Below, piece by piece: positions 54,278-64,000 of a stretch of 64,000 bases of DNA. Both the position numbers and the translations under genes were made by a program. The notes below the pieces were generated by a model. That model had not been told where the DNA came from, did not search any database, and was given only the letters and a program-made list of their open reading frames with translations. The stretch is from a virus: IMG/VR virus record IMGVR_UViG_3300048925_000129, one strand, 5' to 3'. How positions within the stretch are numbered: the stretch's first letter is position 1; each line of letters starts with the position of its first letter.

Positions 54278-56395
54278 ATGAAGTATAGCAGTCAGTTATA
54301 TATTAACATGAAAGATAAGCCTATTTGGGCTAAAGATAAATCTTTTGAAGAGCAAAAAAGAATTGTACAGCAATTCTATATAGAGGAAGCTAAAAAATTA
54401 CAAACAGGTATTACTATTGGAGGAGTTAAAATTCACCCATGGTTATATTGGCACATTAATTTTTGGAAGTTCCTAAAAGATTTACCACCAGATAAAGATG
54501 GTAACTTTAAATCGGTTAAAGCAAACCCAGATTTAAGGGATAATGAATGGATGCTACAGCAAGCTTTATTTAGAGCTCAAGAAGAGAATAAAGGTATTGT
54601 AGGGGTAGGAGCCAGAAGGATCACTAAATCTGTGTTTATTTCTTCCTGGTTAGGGTTTAATGCCACTACTAAATATGGAGGGGAATTAAGGGTTAATTCA
54701 GTTATTGGAGGTACACAAAAAGACTTAGATAACATTGCAGATTATGTGGATTATGGACTTGACAACATTCATCCTTTCTTTAGAATGGACAAAGTTGGTA
54801 AGGATTGGGGAACAGGTGTAACCTTAGGAACTAGAAACTCAGATAACAGTAAGGAAATCTTTTCTAAGATGACCATTACCAACGTTAACATGGGTACTAA
54901 AAAGTCTACACAGAAGGCTGCTGGATCTACTCCAAACTCTATTGTATTTGACGAAATTGGAAAATATTCTTTCCTAAAAACGTTTAACACAGCTAAATAT
55001 TCCATTGCTACTGAGCACGGTTGGAGAACAATTCCTATTCTATTTGGGACTTCAGGAGAAATGTCTGAAGCAGGAGATGCTCAGAAAATGGTTAACAATC
55101 CAGAGGTTTATAAAATGATTACAATGGATTGGGAATGGTTAGAGAGAAGAAATAGAAAAACTACATGGGTTAGAAAACAATCTTGGGGAGTATTCTTTCC
55201 AGGACAGATGTCATTGGATGCAGGAGTTCCAAAGAAGAAAATCAGCTTAGGTGAATACTTGGAATTAGAGGACCCAGAACTTGCAGAAATAGACTTTTAT
55301 GAGACTCAATGGGCAGAGTCATCTAAAGTTATGCTAGAAAGAAGAAAGCTCCTAGAAAGGACTGATAAGAAGGCATATGAGGATGAACTGATGTTTATGC
55401 CATTAGACCCTGAGGACTGCTTCTTAGATGGAGGCTCAAATCCTTTCCCTATGGCTGAAGCTACAAGACATAGAAGTAGAATTCTAGAAGATGGAAATGT
55501 AGGTAGAGTTATGGATGTATTCAAGAAACATGGTCAGAACGATACTCAAATTCAGTTTGATTTCTCTCACAAACCTATTGCAGAGTTTCCATTTGAAGGT
55601 GGAATTTTAGATTGTGGGATTCAGGTATTTGAAGATCCACCAGAAGAGAATGACTTTGACTATACATATGTTGCTGGTCTTGACCACTATAAGCATATTG
55701 AATCTACAGGAGACTCTATTGGAGCTTTATATATCTTCAAGAGGTTTGTCAACATTAATGATAAATTTGCAAATAGAATAGTTTGTTCTTTTGTTTCAAG
55801 ACCAGCTTCGATGAACACTTTCAATAGAACATGTGAGATGCTTCTTGAAGGGTATGGAGCAGAATGTTTACAAGAAAATGCCGATATCTCTTTCCAGCAG
55901 TATCTTGAGGCAAAAGGTAAGGATATTAAGTTACTTGCTAATGGGGAAGTTATTGCTCAAAGAATGATTTCTGGTACGGCTAGACAGACTAATAAATATG
56001 GACTTACTCCAACTCAAAAGAATAAAGAATACTTACTAAAAGTTATAATTAATTATTGTTGGGAAATTGTTGATTCATATATTGATCACGATGGAAATGA
56101 AGTCTCAGTACTAGGTATTGAGAGGATTAATGATGTCCAATTGTTAGATGAGATAATTGGGTACAAACCTGGTAAGAACGTGGATAGAATTATTGCTTTT
56201 GCTCATGCACTTGTTTGGGCTAGATACCTTGACGATATCAGAGTACTTCCAAGAATTAAGGCAAAGAAACCTACAGATACAGAAAGGTTAAAAAGAGAAG
56301 ACAAGGTAACAAGAATTAAAGATGTTGTTAGAAGAAATTCATATGGTAAAGGAAGACAGTCAAGTCCTAGAAGACCTGGAAGATATGGCTTCTAA
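54278..56395 (+). CDS. terL: terminase large subunit
   Basis: GARRITKS, FDEIGK, FGTSG, VAGLD, VDRIIA. Confidence 0.9.
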   Translation: MKYSSQLYINMKDKPIWAKDKSFEEQKRIVQQFYIEEAKKLQTGITIGGVKIHPWLYWHINFWKFLKDLPPDKDGNFKSVKANPDLRDNEWMLQQALFRAQEENKGIVGVGARRITKSVFISSWLGFNATTKYGGELRVNSVIGGTQKDLDNIADYVDYGLDNIHPFFRMDKVGKDWGTGVTLGTRNSDNSKEIFSKMTITNVNMGTKKSTQKAAGSTPNSIVFDEIGKYSFLKTFNTAKYSIATEHGWRTIPILFGTSGEMSEAGDAQKMVNNPEVYKMITMDWEWLERRNRKTTWVRKQSWGVFFPGQMSLDAGVPKKKISLGEYLELEDPELAEIDFYETQWAESSKVMLERRKLLERTDKKAYEDELMFMPLDPEDCFLDGGSNPFPMAEATRHRSRILEDGNVGRVMDVFKKHGQNDTQIQFDFSHKPIAEFPFEGGILDCGIQVFEDPPEENDFDYTYVAGLDHYKHIESTGDSIGALYIFKRFVNINDKFANRIVCSFVSRPASMNTFNRTCEMLLEGYGAECLQENADISFQQYLEAKGKDIKLLANGEVIAQRMISGTARQTNKYGLTPTQKNKEYLLKVIINYCWEIVDSYIDHDGNEVSVLGIERINDVQLLDEIIGYKPGKNVDRIIAFAHALVWARYLDDIRVLPRIKAKKPTDTERLKREDKVTRIKDVVRRNSYGKGRQSSPRRPGRYGF

Positions 56396-56460
56396 CTAAT
56401 AGTTTCTTTTATCATTTTGTATAATTTAATGATTTTTTTTATCTTTGCAAAAAATATTTA

Positions 56461-59268
56461 ATGAGTGATTTAGGATATTGGTATGGTTCTGCTCTGCAAG
56501 GCAGCAGAGATAATTTTATACCACCCCAAGCTATTCCATTGTCAAAGAAAAATGATAAATGGAGGGAGAGATGCCTTGATGCTTTTGAAAGTATTGGTTT
56601 AAGACAGTTTAAAAAGAATTTAAAATATACGGACATCTTCAGAATGATCAATGGAAAAATGTCATTCTCTGAGATGTCTGAAGCAATGCCTCAGTATAGA
56701 GAACTAGAAAGAGTTTTGAATGACGTTGAGATCCCAACTTTCTTAAGACACTATGATATCATAGGCATCATTATAAATGCATTGGCTGGAGAGCTAATGT
56801 CTAATAGTGATAAATTTTCTATTAATACAAATGATGATGTATCTAGTAATGAGTATCTTAGAACTAAGACAGATAAATTATGGGAAACCATACAAACTGA
56901 TTTAGAAAGAGAACTTGAAACTAGGCTACTTAATCTAGGTATTAATCCTAATGTTCCACAGGAAGCTTTCCAGGACCCACAACAATATCAGCAATATCTT
57001 CAGCAAATACAAAGTAAGAAAGCTGAGATGACTCCTGCTGCAATTCAAACTTATATGGATGCAGACTGGAAAACAGTTGCAGCTAAATGGGCATCCCTTA
57101 AACTAGAAGAGGATAGAATAAATCATGACATGGACATGATGGACTATGAAAACTTCATTGAGTATCTAGCTACAGGAAGATGTTTCAGACATATGTTTGT
57201 ATCCTATGATTATTATAAACCTGAGAAATGGAGTATGATGAATACCTTTTTTTCAGAGGATTTAGAAACTAAGAGAGCTGAAAAAGGAGATTATGTTGGG
57301 AGAGTTCATCAGTTTTCAAGATCCCAAGTTCTTACAAGATATGGTCATAAACTAACTGCTAAGCAGAAGGAAGATATGGCAGGAGTTAATAATATGTTTT
57401 ATAACGACAATGATTATAACTTCGACAGAGATAACAATGTTTCTTACAAGAAAATGTTTGAAAGTCATTTCCATAATCTACAAATTGTTCCTTTTGAAAA
57501 TTATCCTGAGTATCAGTTTAATCTAGATATGCAAGATGCCCTAGGAGTTCCTTTAGGAGAGCAGAAGATTATGAACAGACACGGTGAATATGAAACCGTT
57601 CCAGTAATGCTGCCAAAACTTGCAGATGTTACAGGAGATCTAGGATACAGAGGACACACTAATTTCCAGATGTTAAGAAATGACATCTCAATTAGAAATG
57701 ATTTAATGACAGTAACGGAGGTTTACTGGAAGTCTTTTAAAAAGATAGGTTACCTTAGTTATTATGATGAAAATAATAATTTAACTTCTGCTTTAGTTAC
57801 AGAAGATATTCTACCAGAATTTCTTTCTGAAAACGAAATTAAGAAGCTTAAAAATATTTCTCTAATGGATTTAGAGAAAAAACAAGAAGCAAACACAATA
57901 GTTTGGGACTACATGCCTGAGGTATGGCAAGGAACCAAGATTACAGGTGTTTTAAATGGTCCATCTCAGGGTGGTACTCCAGAAACCTATTATCTTGATA
58001 TTAAACCTTGTGAGTTCCAGATTAAGGGTGATGGAAATATGTTCGATGTGCTTCTTCCAGTAGCAGGTATGATTGATGTAGGTTTAGCACCTAAGATTGA
58101 GCCATACCAAGTAACATATAATCTGGTAATGAATCAGATCTTCAACTTACTGGAAAAAGAGATTGGGTTATTCTTTATTTTTGATATCAACTTTTTACCT
58201 TCAGAGTTTAGAGATTGGGGAGATACAGAGGACACCTTGCTTTACATGAGAGATATTGCAAAGGATATAGGAATTGTTCCTGTAGATTCATCTAAGCAGA
58301 ACCTTGTAGGAGGAGCTAACTTTAACCAGTTTGCTGCTCAGAATTTATCTTTCTCTTCACAAATTCAGGATAGAGTTAATCTAGCTGAGTTTATTAAGAA
58401 TAAAGCCTTTGAGCAAGTTGGAATGACTCCTCAGAGATTGGGAAGCCCGACTAAATATGAAACTGCTGAGGGAGTTAGACAATCTCAGGATGCTTCTTAT
58501 TCTCAAACAGAACAATATTTCTCTAAGTTCTCTTCATTTAAGAAGAATGCTTTAGAACTTCAGTTAAGTGTAGCTCAGTACTGCCAGAAAGAGGGAATTG
58601 ATTTACAAGTATTTTATACTCAGATTGATGCTACCCAGGCTTTCTTAAGAGAGTCAGATCCTGACTTCCACCTTAGAAATTTAGGTATCACTCCGATATC
58701 AAACTCTAAGAAAAGAAAAGAACTTGAAGTGTTTAAACAGTACTTACTTAATACAAACACCTTAGGAACAGATGAGCTTTCTTTAGCTGAACTAATTTCA
58801 TCTGATGCAATGTCAGAAGTTATTGAAGCTGCCAGAGGAGCTAGAGTTGCTAGACAACAACAAGAGCAAGCTGCTTCAGAGCAAAGAATGCAAGAGATTC
58901 AAACTCAACAGGAAGAGCTTAGAAAGACAGAACAACAAAAATGGCAGTTGGAAGAAATGTCTAAAGATAAAGACAGAGAAACTGATATCAGAGTTGCTGC
59001 TATTAATGCTGCTGGTAGAGCTTCAGACAAACAGTCTGATCAGGAAGGATTTGATTATATCACCAACCTTACTAATTTATCTCTACAGCAAACTAAGATG
59101 CAGTCTGATGCTACTAATAAACAATTGGAAACAGAGATCAAGAGAGAAAAAGTACAATCAGACAAAGAGATTGCTATGAAAGAGATTCAATTGAAAATTG
59201 CCGAACTAGCAAACAGAAGAGCTATCTCAAAAGACAACGTTCAGATTGCTAGAATGAATAAAAACTAA
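56461..59268 (+). CDS. portal protein (crAss-like)
   Basis: 935 aa after terL, G.TPQRLG, coiled-coil tail. Confidence 0.82.
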   Translation: MSDLGYWYGSALQGSRDNFIPPQAIPLSKKNDKWRERCLDAFESIGLRQFKKNLKYTDIFRMINGKMSFSEMSEAMPQYRELERVLNDVEIPTFLRHYDIIGIIINALAGELMSNSDKFSINTNDDVSSNEYLRTKTDKLWETIQTDLERELETRLLNLGINPNVPQEAFQDPQQYQQYLQQIQSKKAEMTPAAIQTYMDADWKTVAAKWASLKLEEDRINHDMDMMDYENFIEYLATGRCFRHMFVSYDYYKPEKWSMMNTFFSEDLETKRAEKGDYVGRVHQFSRSQVLTRYGHKLTAKQKEDMAGVNNMFYNDNDYNFDRDNNVSYKKMFESHFHNLQIVPFENYPEYQFNLDMQDALGVPLGEQKIMNRHGEYETVPVMLPKLADVTGDLGYRGHTNFQMLRNDISIRNDLMTVTEVYWKSFKKIGYLSYYDENNNLTSALVTEDILPEFLSENEIKKLKNISLMDLEKKQEANTIVWDYMPEVWQGTKITGVLNGPSQGGTPETYYLDIKPCEFQIKGDGNMFDVLLPVAGMIDVGLAPKIEPYQVTYNLVMNQIFNLLEKEIGLFFIFDINFLPSEFRDWGDTEDTLLYMRDIAKDIGIVPVDSSKQNLVGGANFNQFAAQNLSFSSQIQDRVNLAEFIKNKAFEQVGMTPQRLGSPTKYETAEGVRQSQDASYSQTEQYFSKFSSFKKNALELQLSVAQYCQKEGIDLQVFYTQIDATQAFLRESDPDFHLRNLGITPISNSKKRKELEVFKQYLLNTNTLGTDELSLAELISSDAMSEVIEAARGARVARQQQEQAASEQRMQEIQTQQEELRKTEQQKWQLEEMSKDKDRETDIRVAAINAAGRASDKQSDQEGFDYITNLTNLSLQQTKMQSDATNKQLETEIKREKVQSDKEIAMKEIQLKIAELANRRAISKDNVQIARMNKN

Positions 59269-59392
59269 TATAATAAAAAATCTTAAGGGGTAGATAATAA
59301 AAAATTTTACCCCTAATATTTAATTTTAAAATTATGATAATTTATTACATATTTTGAAATTACGTTAATTAATCTTAAATTTGCAAATATAA

Positions 59393-60598
59393 ATGGAAGA
59401 AAACCACATCACAGACGATTTTTCTGGATTAGAGAGTTTAGGCAATAGTCAAATAGTAGAAAACTTAGGAACTTTTTTAAGTCTTGAAGATTTAGGACTT
59501 AAGCCAGGATCTGAAAATGAAGATTATATTCCTCTTGATAATGTTAACATAACAAAAGAAGACGAGGAAGAAGATACTACTAAACCTACAGAAGGAGCTG
59601 TTACAGCAGAAGCTACTCCAACTACAGAAGAAGTAACTGGGTTAGAAGGTTTAAATGCCTTAGATGAAGGGATTCCTACAGAAGATGTAGAAGTTATTAT
59701 CCCAACAGGAGAAACTGATTACAAATCCATTCTTAAGGATTTGATTGCTGAGGGAGTTCTGCCTGAAATAGGATCTTTTGAAACAGAAGATGGCGATGTC
59801 AGTTTTGATGACATGGCTATTGACAAAGATGCCTTATTATTCCTTATTAAAGACCACCAAGACAAGATTAAAGAAGAGCTAAAATCTTCATCTATTGATG
59901 TTAATGGGGTTTCTGAATTCACAAAGAAATTAATCAGTATTGAGAAACACGGAGGTAATGTTCAACAAGCACTTGAAACTTACCAACAGGTTAAACATCC
60001 AATTGAGTCAATTGACTTAAATGATCCAGTAGGACAAAAAGCTATGTGTTATCTAAGATTCAAAGCTAATGGAATAGAAGATTCTATGGCTAGAGACTTG
60101 ATTAATGCTTATGAAATTAAAGGAGTACTTGAAGAAAAGGCTGCTGAATCTAAAGAACAACTAGATGAAGCATTTAAGCAGAGTATGATCCAACAAGAAG
60201 AGTTGGCTATTAAACAAGAGCAGGAATTCAAAGCTGCCCTTAAAACTTATAGAGGAACTTTAGATAGTGTATTGAAAGATCAACAAATTTCAGATACCCA
60301 CAGAAGAAAGTTACTTGATATAGCAACTAAACAGACTGCTCAAGGAGATTTTGAACTTGATGAATACATTGAGAATTTTAGAAAAAATCCTATTGATGCG
60401 GTTGATTTGTTGATGTTCGTTACAAACAAAGAGGAATTTATTAAGAAGAAAGCTGAGGAAATGATGAAGGAAGAAAGGAAAAAAACCCTTCAAAGAGTTG
60501 CCCTTATTCCTAAAGGAAAATCTTCTAGCCTTACTGTTCCAGAACAAACCAATACAAAACAAGATCCTTACTTACTTGACTTAAGTAAGCTGCAATAA
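59393..60598 (+). CDS. acidic scaffolding-like protein
   Basis: Acidic N-terminus, between portal and capsid. Confidence 0.6.
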   Translation: MEENHITDDFSGLESLGNSQIVENLGTFLSLEDLGLKPGSENEDYIPLDNVNITKEDEEEDTTKPTEGAVTAEATPTTEEVTGLEGLNALDEGIPTEDVEVIIPTGETDYKSILKDLIAEGVLPEIGSFETEDGDVSFDDMAIDKDALLFLIKDHQDKIKEELKSSSIDVNGVSEFTKKLISIEKHGGNVQQALETYQQVKHPIESIDLNDPVGQKAMCYLRFKANGIEDSMARDLINAYEIKGVLEEKAAESKEQLDEAFKQSMIQQEELAIKQEQEFKAALKTYRGTLDSVLKDQQISDTHRRKLLDIATKQTAQGDFELDEYIENFRKNPIDAVDLLMFVTNKEEFIKKKAEEMMKEERKKTLQRVALIPKGKSSSLTVPEQTNTKQDPYLLDLSKLQ

Positions 60599-60633
60599 AA
60601 CAAACAACAAACAATTAATAATTTAAGTAACAA

Positions 60634-62334
60634 ATGAGTTTACAAGCTAGTGGTGTTCCTAGAGTAATAAACGGTGACTATGTTATCGGATATACGAATG
60701 GAAAGAGAATTAAACACATGGGTTGGGAAGATATCTCTTCAATGAGTAAGTGGTATCAGGAGGACCCTAATGAGAGACACTTAGGATTGATCAACCTATA
60801 TGAAAATATGGGAGCTAAACCATTACCAATGTATAAGAATTTCTTTAAAGATAAAGCTATTCTAGAGGTAAATGGTGTTAATGGTTCATTTACTTATGAT
60901 CTTCCAGTAACGAAGAAAAAATCAGGAGTTTATACTACTGAAGATACTTCTGATTACTCTGAAGCTCCAGGTATTGATGGAACTTTATTCCCAATCAAAT
61001 TAGATCAGCCTTATACAAAAGGAGACATTTTAACATATGATGCTTTCCACGGATCACAAGTAATTGTATCTGAAGATAGACACGTTACACAAGAAGGTGA
61101 TTCTTGGGTACATTGGGTTACTTTAGTAGATAACAATTCAGCAGCTTGGTTCCCTATTGACAAATTGAAAGCTGGTATCCAGTACTTCAAAATTGGTCAC
61201 TCTTTAGGAGAGTATTCTACAGACTTCTCAAACATTCAGTCACCTGATACAAACGGAACCATTAAGTGTGAGTTCAGATTAGGTAACCACAGAGGTGTTG
61301 AGACTTACTATACTTACTATGCAAATAGTAGAGACTTCAACGGTGCTACTTTAACAAGTAGAGACTACATCGACCAATGGATGAGAGAAGCCGAAACTAT
61401 TGAAAAAGATGAGAATGGTAAGCCTTTAGATATGTTCTACGTTGGTAGACTTAGAGAAGGAAAACTAGATATGAGAACCGTTAGAATCGGAGCTGTTCTT
61501 GAAAGACTAGCTGTTTTAGAATTGATGAGATTAGAAGCATATTCATTAATCTTCCAAAAAGGTGCATTGATCAATAACATCAATGGTACTAAGAGATTAA
61601 ATGAAGGTATCTATCACCAAATCAGAAGAGGTAGAATTATCAAGTATGCTAAGCCAGGGGCTATCTCAATCAGTCATCTAAGACAAGCTATGGCATTCCT
61701 TTACAGATTCAGAAGAAATGTACCACTTGATCAAAGAAGAATTAGATTCAAAGCTGGATCTATGGCTTATGATAATATCATGAGACTTATCCAGGAAGAA
61801 GCTTTAAGACAAGTAGGAAACCTAGCAATGTTCAACGGTTACGAAAGAACATTACCATCAAACCCAGTAACTGGATCAAGTTTAACAGACCTAAGAGTTA
61901 ACCCTGTTAGATTCGTTGAAGCTTTATTCCCAGGAATTGGTTGGATCGAGGTAGAGCACGACCCATCATTAGACTTCCAACCTCTAACAGACAGAATGTC
62001 TAGAGGATTCTTCGGAGAGGAAGGTTATGCAGATTCTTCTTACTCAGCAGTTATCTGGGATGTCCTAGATCAAGAGTATGCAGATGTAAGCAAAACTATC
62101 GGTGGAGATGCTAGACTTATGGCAGGTGGTAATTCTAGAGCTAACATTTACTATGTTAAGCCAGAAGGAGAAGGATACTTCATGGGATACTCTGAAGGTA
62201 GATGGTCTCCAAATAAAGCAACTGACATTGCTTCATCATTGAAACACATGGCTAGAGAATTCTGGTGTCACTCTGTTTCAGCAGGATGGGTAAAAGATAT
62301 CAGTAGATTTGTTATCATCGAGTTAAAAAGATAA
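60634..62334 (+). CDS. major capsid protein (crAss-like)
   Basis: Size, position, highly biased codons, EGIYHQI, following terminator. Confidence 0.8.
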   Translation: MSLQASGVPRVINGDYVIGYTNGKRIKHMGWEDISSMSKWYQEDPNERHLGLINLYENMGAKPLPMYKNFFKDKAILEVNGVNGSFTYDLPVTKKKSGVYTTEDTSDYSEAPGIDGTLFPIKLDQPYTKGDILTYDAFHGSQVIVSEDRHVTQEGDSWVHWVTLVDNNSAAWFPIDKLKAGIQYFKIGHSLGEYSTDFSNIQSPDTNGTIKCEFRLGNHRGVETYYTYYANSRDFNGATLTSRDYIDQWMREAETIEKDENGKPLDMFYVGRLREGKLDMRTVRIGAVLERLAVLELMRLEAYSLIFQKGALINNINGTKRLNEGIYHQIRRGRIIKYAKPGAISISHLRQAMAFLYRFRRNVPLDQRRIRFKAGSMAYDNIMRLIQEEALRQVGNLAMFNGYERTLPSNPVTGSSLTDLRVNPVRFVEALFPGIGWIEVEHDPSLDFQPLTDRMSRGFFGEEGYADSSYSAVIWDVLDQEYADVSKTIGGDARLMAGGNSRANIYYVKPEGEGYFMGYSEGRWSPNKATDIASSLKHMAREFWCHSVSAGWVKDISRFVIIELKR

Positions 62335-62349
62335 TAAATATTCATATTA

Positions 62350-62385
62350 GATTCCCTAGGGCAACTTAGGGAATCTTTTGTTTTT
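62350..62385 (+). terminator. terminator after capsid gene
   Basis: gattcccta..tagggaatc plus T tract. Confidence 0.75.
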
Positions 62386-62556
62386 AATAAAAATTTTTAT
62401 ATTTTTAATATTATTTTAGGTACTTGTATTTAGCATTTTATTGTTGTATCTTTGTATTTAGAAAGTTAACCATAGAGATAAGTTAATAATAACTTTTATC
62501 TTTTTGTCTAAGTCATAAATTTTTCTTATTTTTGCAAGAAAATAAAATCACAATTT

Positions 62557-63504
62557 ATGTCAGATAAGATAATCATAGAGGTTAACGGACTTAAGATTAA
62601 AGAAAACTCACTTTATAAAGTAATCGACAAGCCAGATGCCAATGCAGTAGCTGGACTTAGAGAACATGGTTCTACTAAAGTTCCTGTGGAGTATATGTAT
62701 AATACAGCAGGATGTAGATTCGATAAAGCAAAGAACGTTTTTGATACAGGTTTCTATACCCAATCACCATGTTATTCTAACTTAGAGAAATCAGTTAGAG
62801 AACAGAAAATAAGATCTCTTAGAGAGCACATCATTGAACCATATGAATTAGTTCATGGTGAAAATATTCTTGACAACAAAAATCATGACTTTTGGGAAAA
62901 TTATACCTATGATTTATTTGAAGGTAGAGTTTTTAACACAGAAAATATTGATGATCTATTAGCTCTTTATATTGCTATTTTAGGTTATGAATTAACTCCA
63001 AAAGAAGCACTAGGTAATCCAGCATTTAATGAGTCACAATTCTGTGTAGAAGATAAAGAAGTTACTTCTAAGAAGAGAAATGAAAGAACTCATAATTACA
63101 TGAGAGCAATGACAGCATTTGCACTTATGTTGACTTCTGAGAAAAATAAACTAATTGCTTGTTTAAGATTTGCCAGAATGAATGGTTCAGATAATCTTGA
63201 TGTTAATACACAAGATTCAACTTTCCAAGCATTCTTCCACGACTGGGTTAATGCAGATGTTAAGAATGTAGATGACTTCTTAAGAGCAACAGACATGATC
63301 ACTAAAAAACCAGGTTTAGAAGAAGTAATTATCTTCAGTCATTTACTTGATTTAGTGAGTTCTAACAAGGTAGTTAAGATCGGAGGGGAATATTCTTTCA
63401 AAGAAAATCCACTAGGTGCTGACCTTAAAACAGCAGCTAAGAACTTAGCAACTAGACCAACGTTAAAAGAAATAAAAACACAAATCTATAAAGAAATTGA
63501 ATAA
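62557..63504 (+). CDS. conserved crAss-like hypothetical protein
   Basis: Position after capsid gene. Confidence 0.65.
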   Translation: MSDKIIIEVNGLKIKENSLYKVIDKPDANAVAGLREHGSTKVPVEYMYNTAGCRFDKAKNVFDTGFYTQSPCYSNLEKSVREQKIRSLREHIIEPYELVHGENILDNKNHDFWENYTYDLFEGRVFNTENIDDLLALYIAILGYELTPKEALGNPAFNESQFCVEDKEVTSKKRNERTHNYMRAMTAFALMLTSEKNKLIACLRFARMNGSDNLDVNTQDSTFQAFFHDWVNADVKNVDDFLRATDMITKKPGLEEVIIFSHLLDLVSSNKVVKIGGEYSFKENPLGADLKTAAKNLATRPTLKEIKTQIYKEIE

Positions 63505-64000
63505 TGCATCCTGAGCTAGTCTATCAAAGAATGTTGGAGAAAACAAACAAGAACCTGAATAATGGTTCTATTGCTTTAGATAGAGCCAGAGCAGTTTCGA
63601 TTTATAGAGAAGAAGAAGGTAAGTTTATTGAGTACTGTCTTCAAAAGAGAAATACTTTTGATATTCAGGATATTCAAATCTTACTAACAACTGAAAAATT
63701 AAAACTAAAGGAGGATACACTAAACTATTCCTCTTTTAGTTTACCTAATAAAGATAAATTCTTTGCATTTTCCAATGTAAAAATTAAAGCCTCATCTGGA
63801 GGCTGCTCTGATTACCTACTTCCTGTAGGTATTAAATCAGAAAACATAGAGGAAGTTCTATTCGATGTGAATAATGAACCCTCTTTTCCATACAGAGAAA
63901 CACCTTATACTATTAGAGATAATTCAATTGTAGTCTTTAAGAAAGATTTCAAGGTAGATAATGTAGATTTAATTTACTATAGATATCCCAAGAAATTTGA
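63504..64000 (+). CDS. putative head-tail ring protein, truncated by window
   Basis: MHPELVYQRMLEKTNKN..., open to window end, Y.RYP motif. Confidence 0.55.
   Translation, partial: MHPELVYQRMLEKTNKNLNNGSIALDRARAVSIYREEEGKFIEYCLQKRNTFDIQDIQILLTTEKLKLKEDTLNYSSFSLPNKDKFFAFSNVKIKASSGGCSDYLLPVGIKSENIEEVLFDVNNEPSFPYRETPYTIRDNSIVVFKKDFKVDNVDLIYYRYPKKF

Noticed and set aside
53402-63302. Minus-strand ORFs within the structural module
   Set aside because: Antisense shadows
51602-64000. Genome-wide TAG recoding suggested by the suppressor tRNA
   Set aside because: Long late genes are intact under code 11 and several genes end in TAG

Overview
64 kb of a large, AT-rich lytic dsDNA phage of Bacteroidota. 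Host inferred from TTG...TAnnTTTG promoters; crAss-like gene order terminase-portal-scaffold-capsid. Minus strand 1-51 kb carries dense small accessory/early genes, an RNA-repair and translation-rescue toolkit (PNK/phosphatase, RNA ligase, CCA-adding enzyme, Pol-beta NTase, two Pth2-like proteins, YqeY, TROVE/Ro60-like vWA protein), about 25 tRNA genes covering all 20 amino acids plus an amber suppressor, homing endonucleases, RecA, DnaQ-like exonuclease, SSB-like and ClpP-like genes. Plus strand 51.6-64 kb is the head morphogenesis module. Main observations: (1) two tRNA operons, each preceded by a short leader peptide and terminator, whose leader codons match the amino acids of the tRNAs downstream and split the 20 amino acids 11/9, suggesting attenuation sensing of tRNA depletion; (2) a tandem array of seven ACAGCAAA-stem RNAs behind the TROVE-like gene, two of them circularly permuted YrlA-like tRNA mimics; (3) an amber suppressor tRNA directly upstream of a Pth2-like gene with an in-frame UAG at codon 7; (4) three free-standing endonucleases that inserted into a gene and restored it with a new 5' end. 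All protein family calls are from motif recognition by eye; no searches were run.
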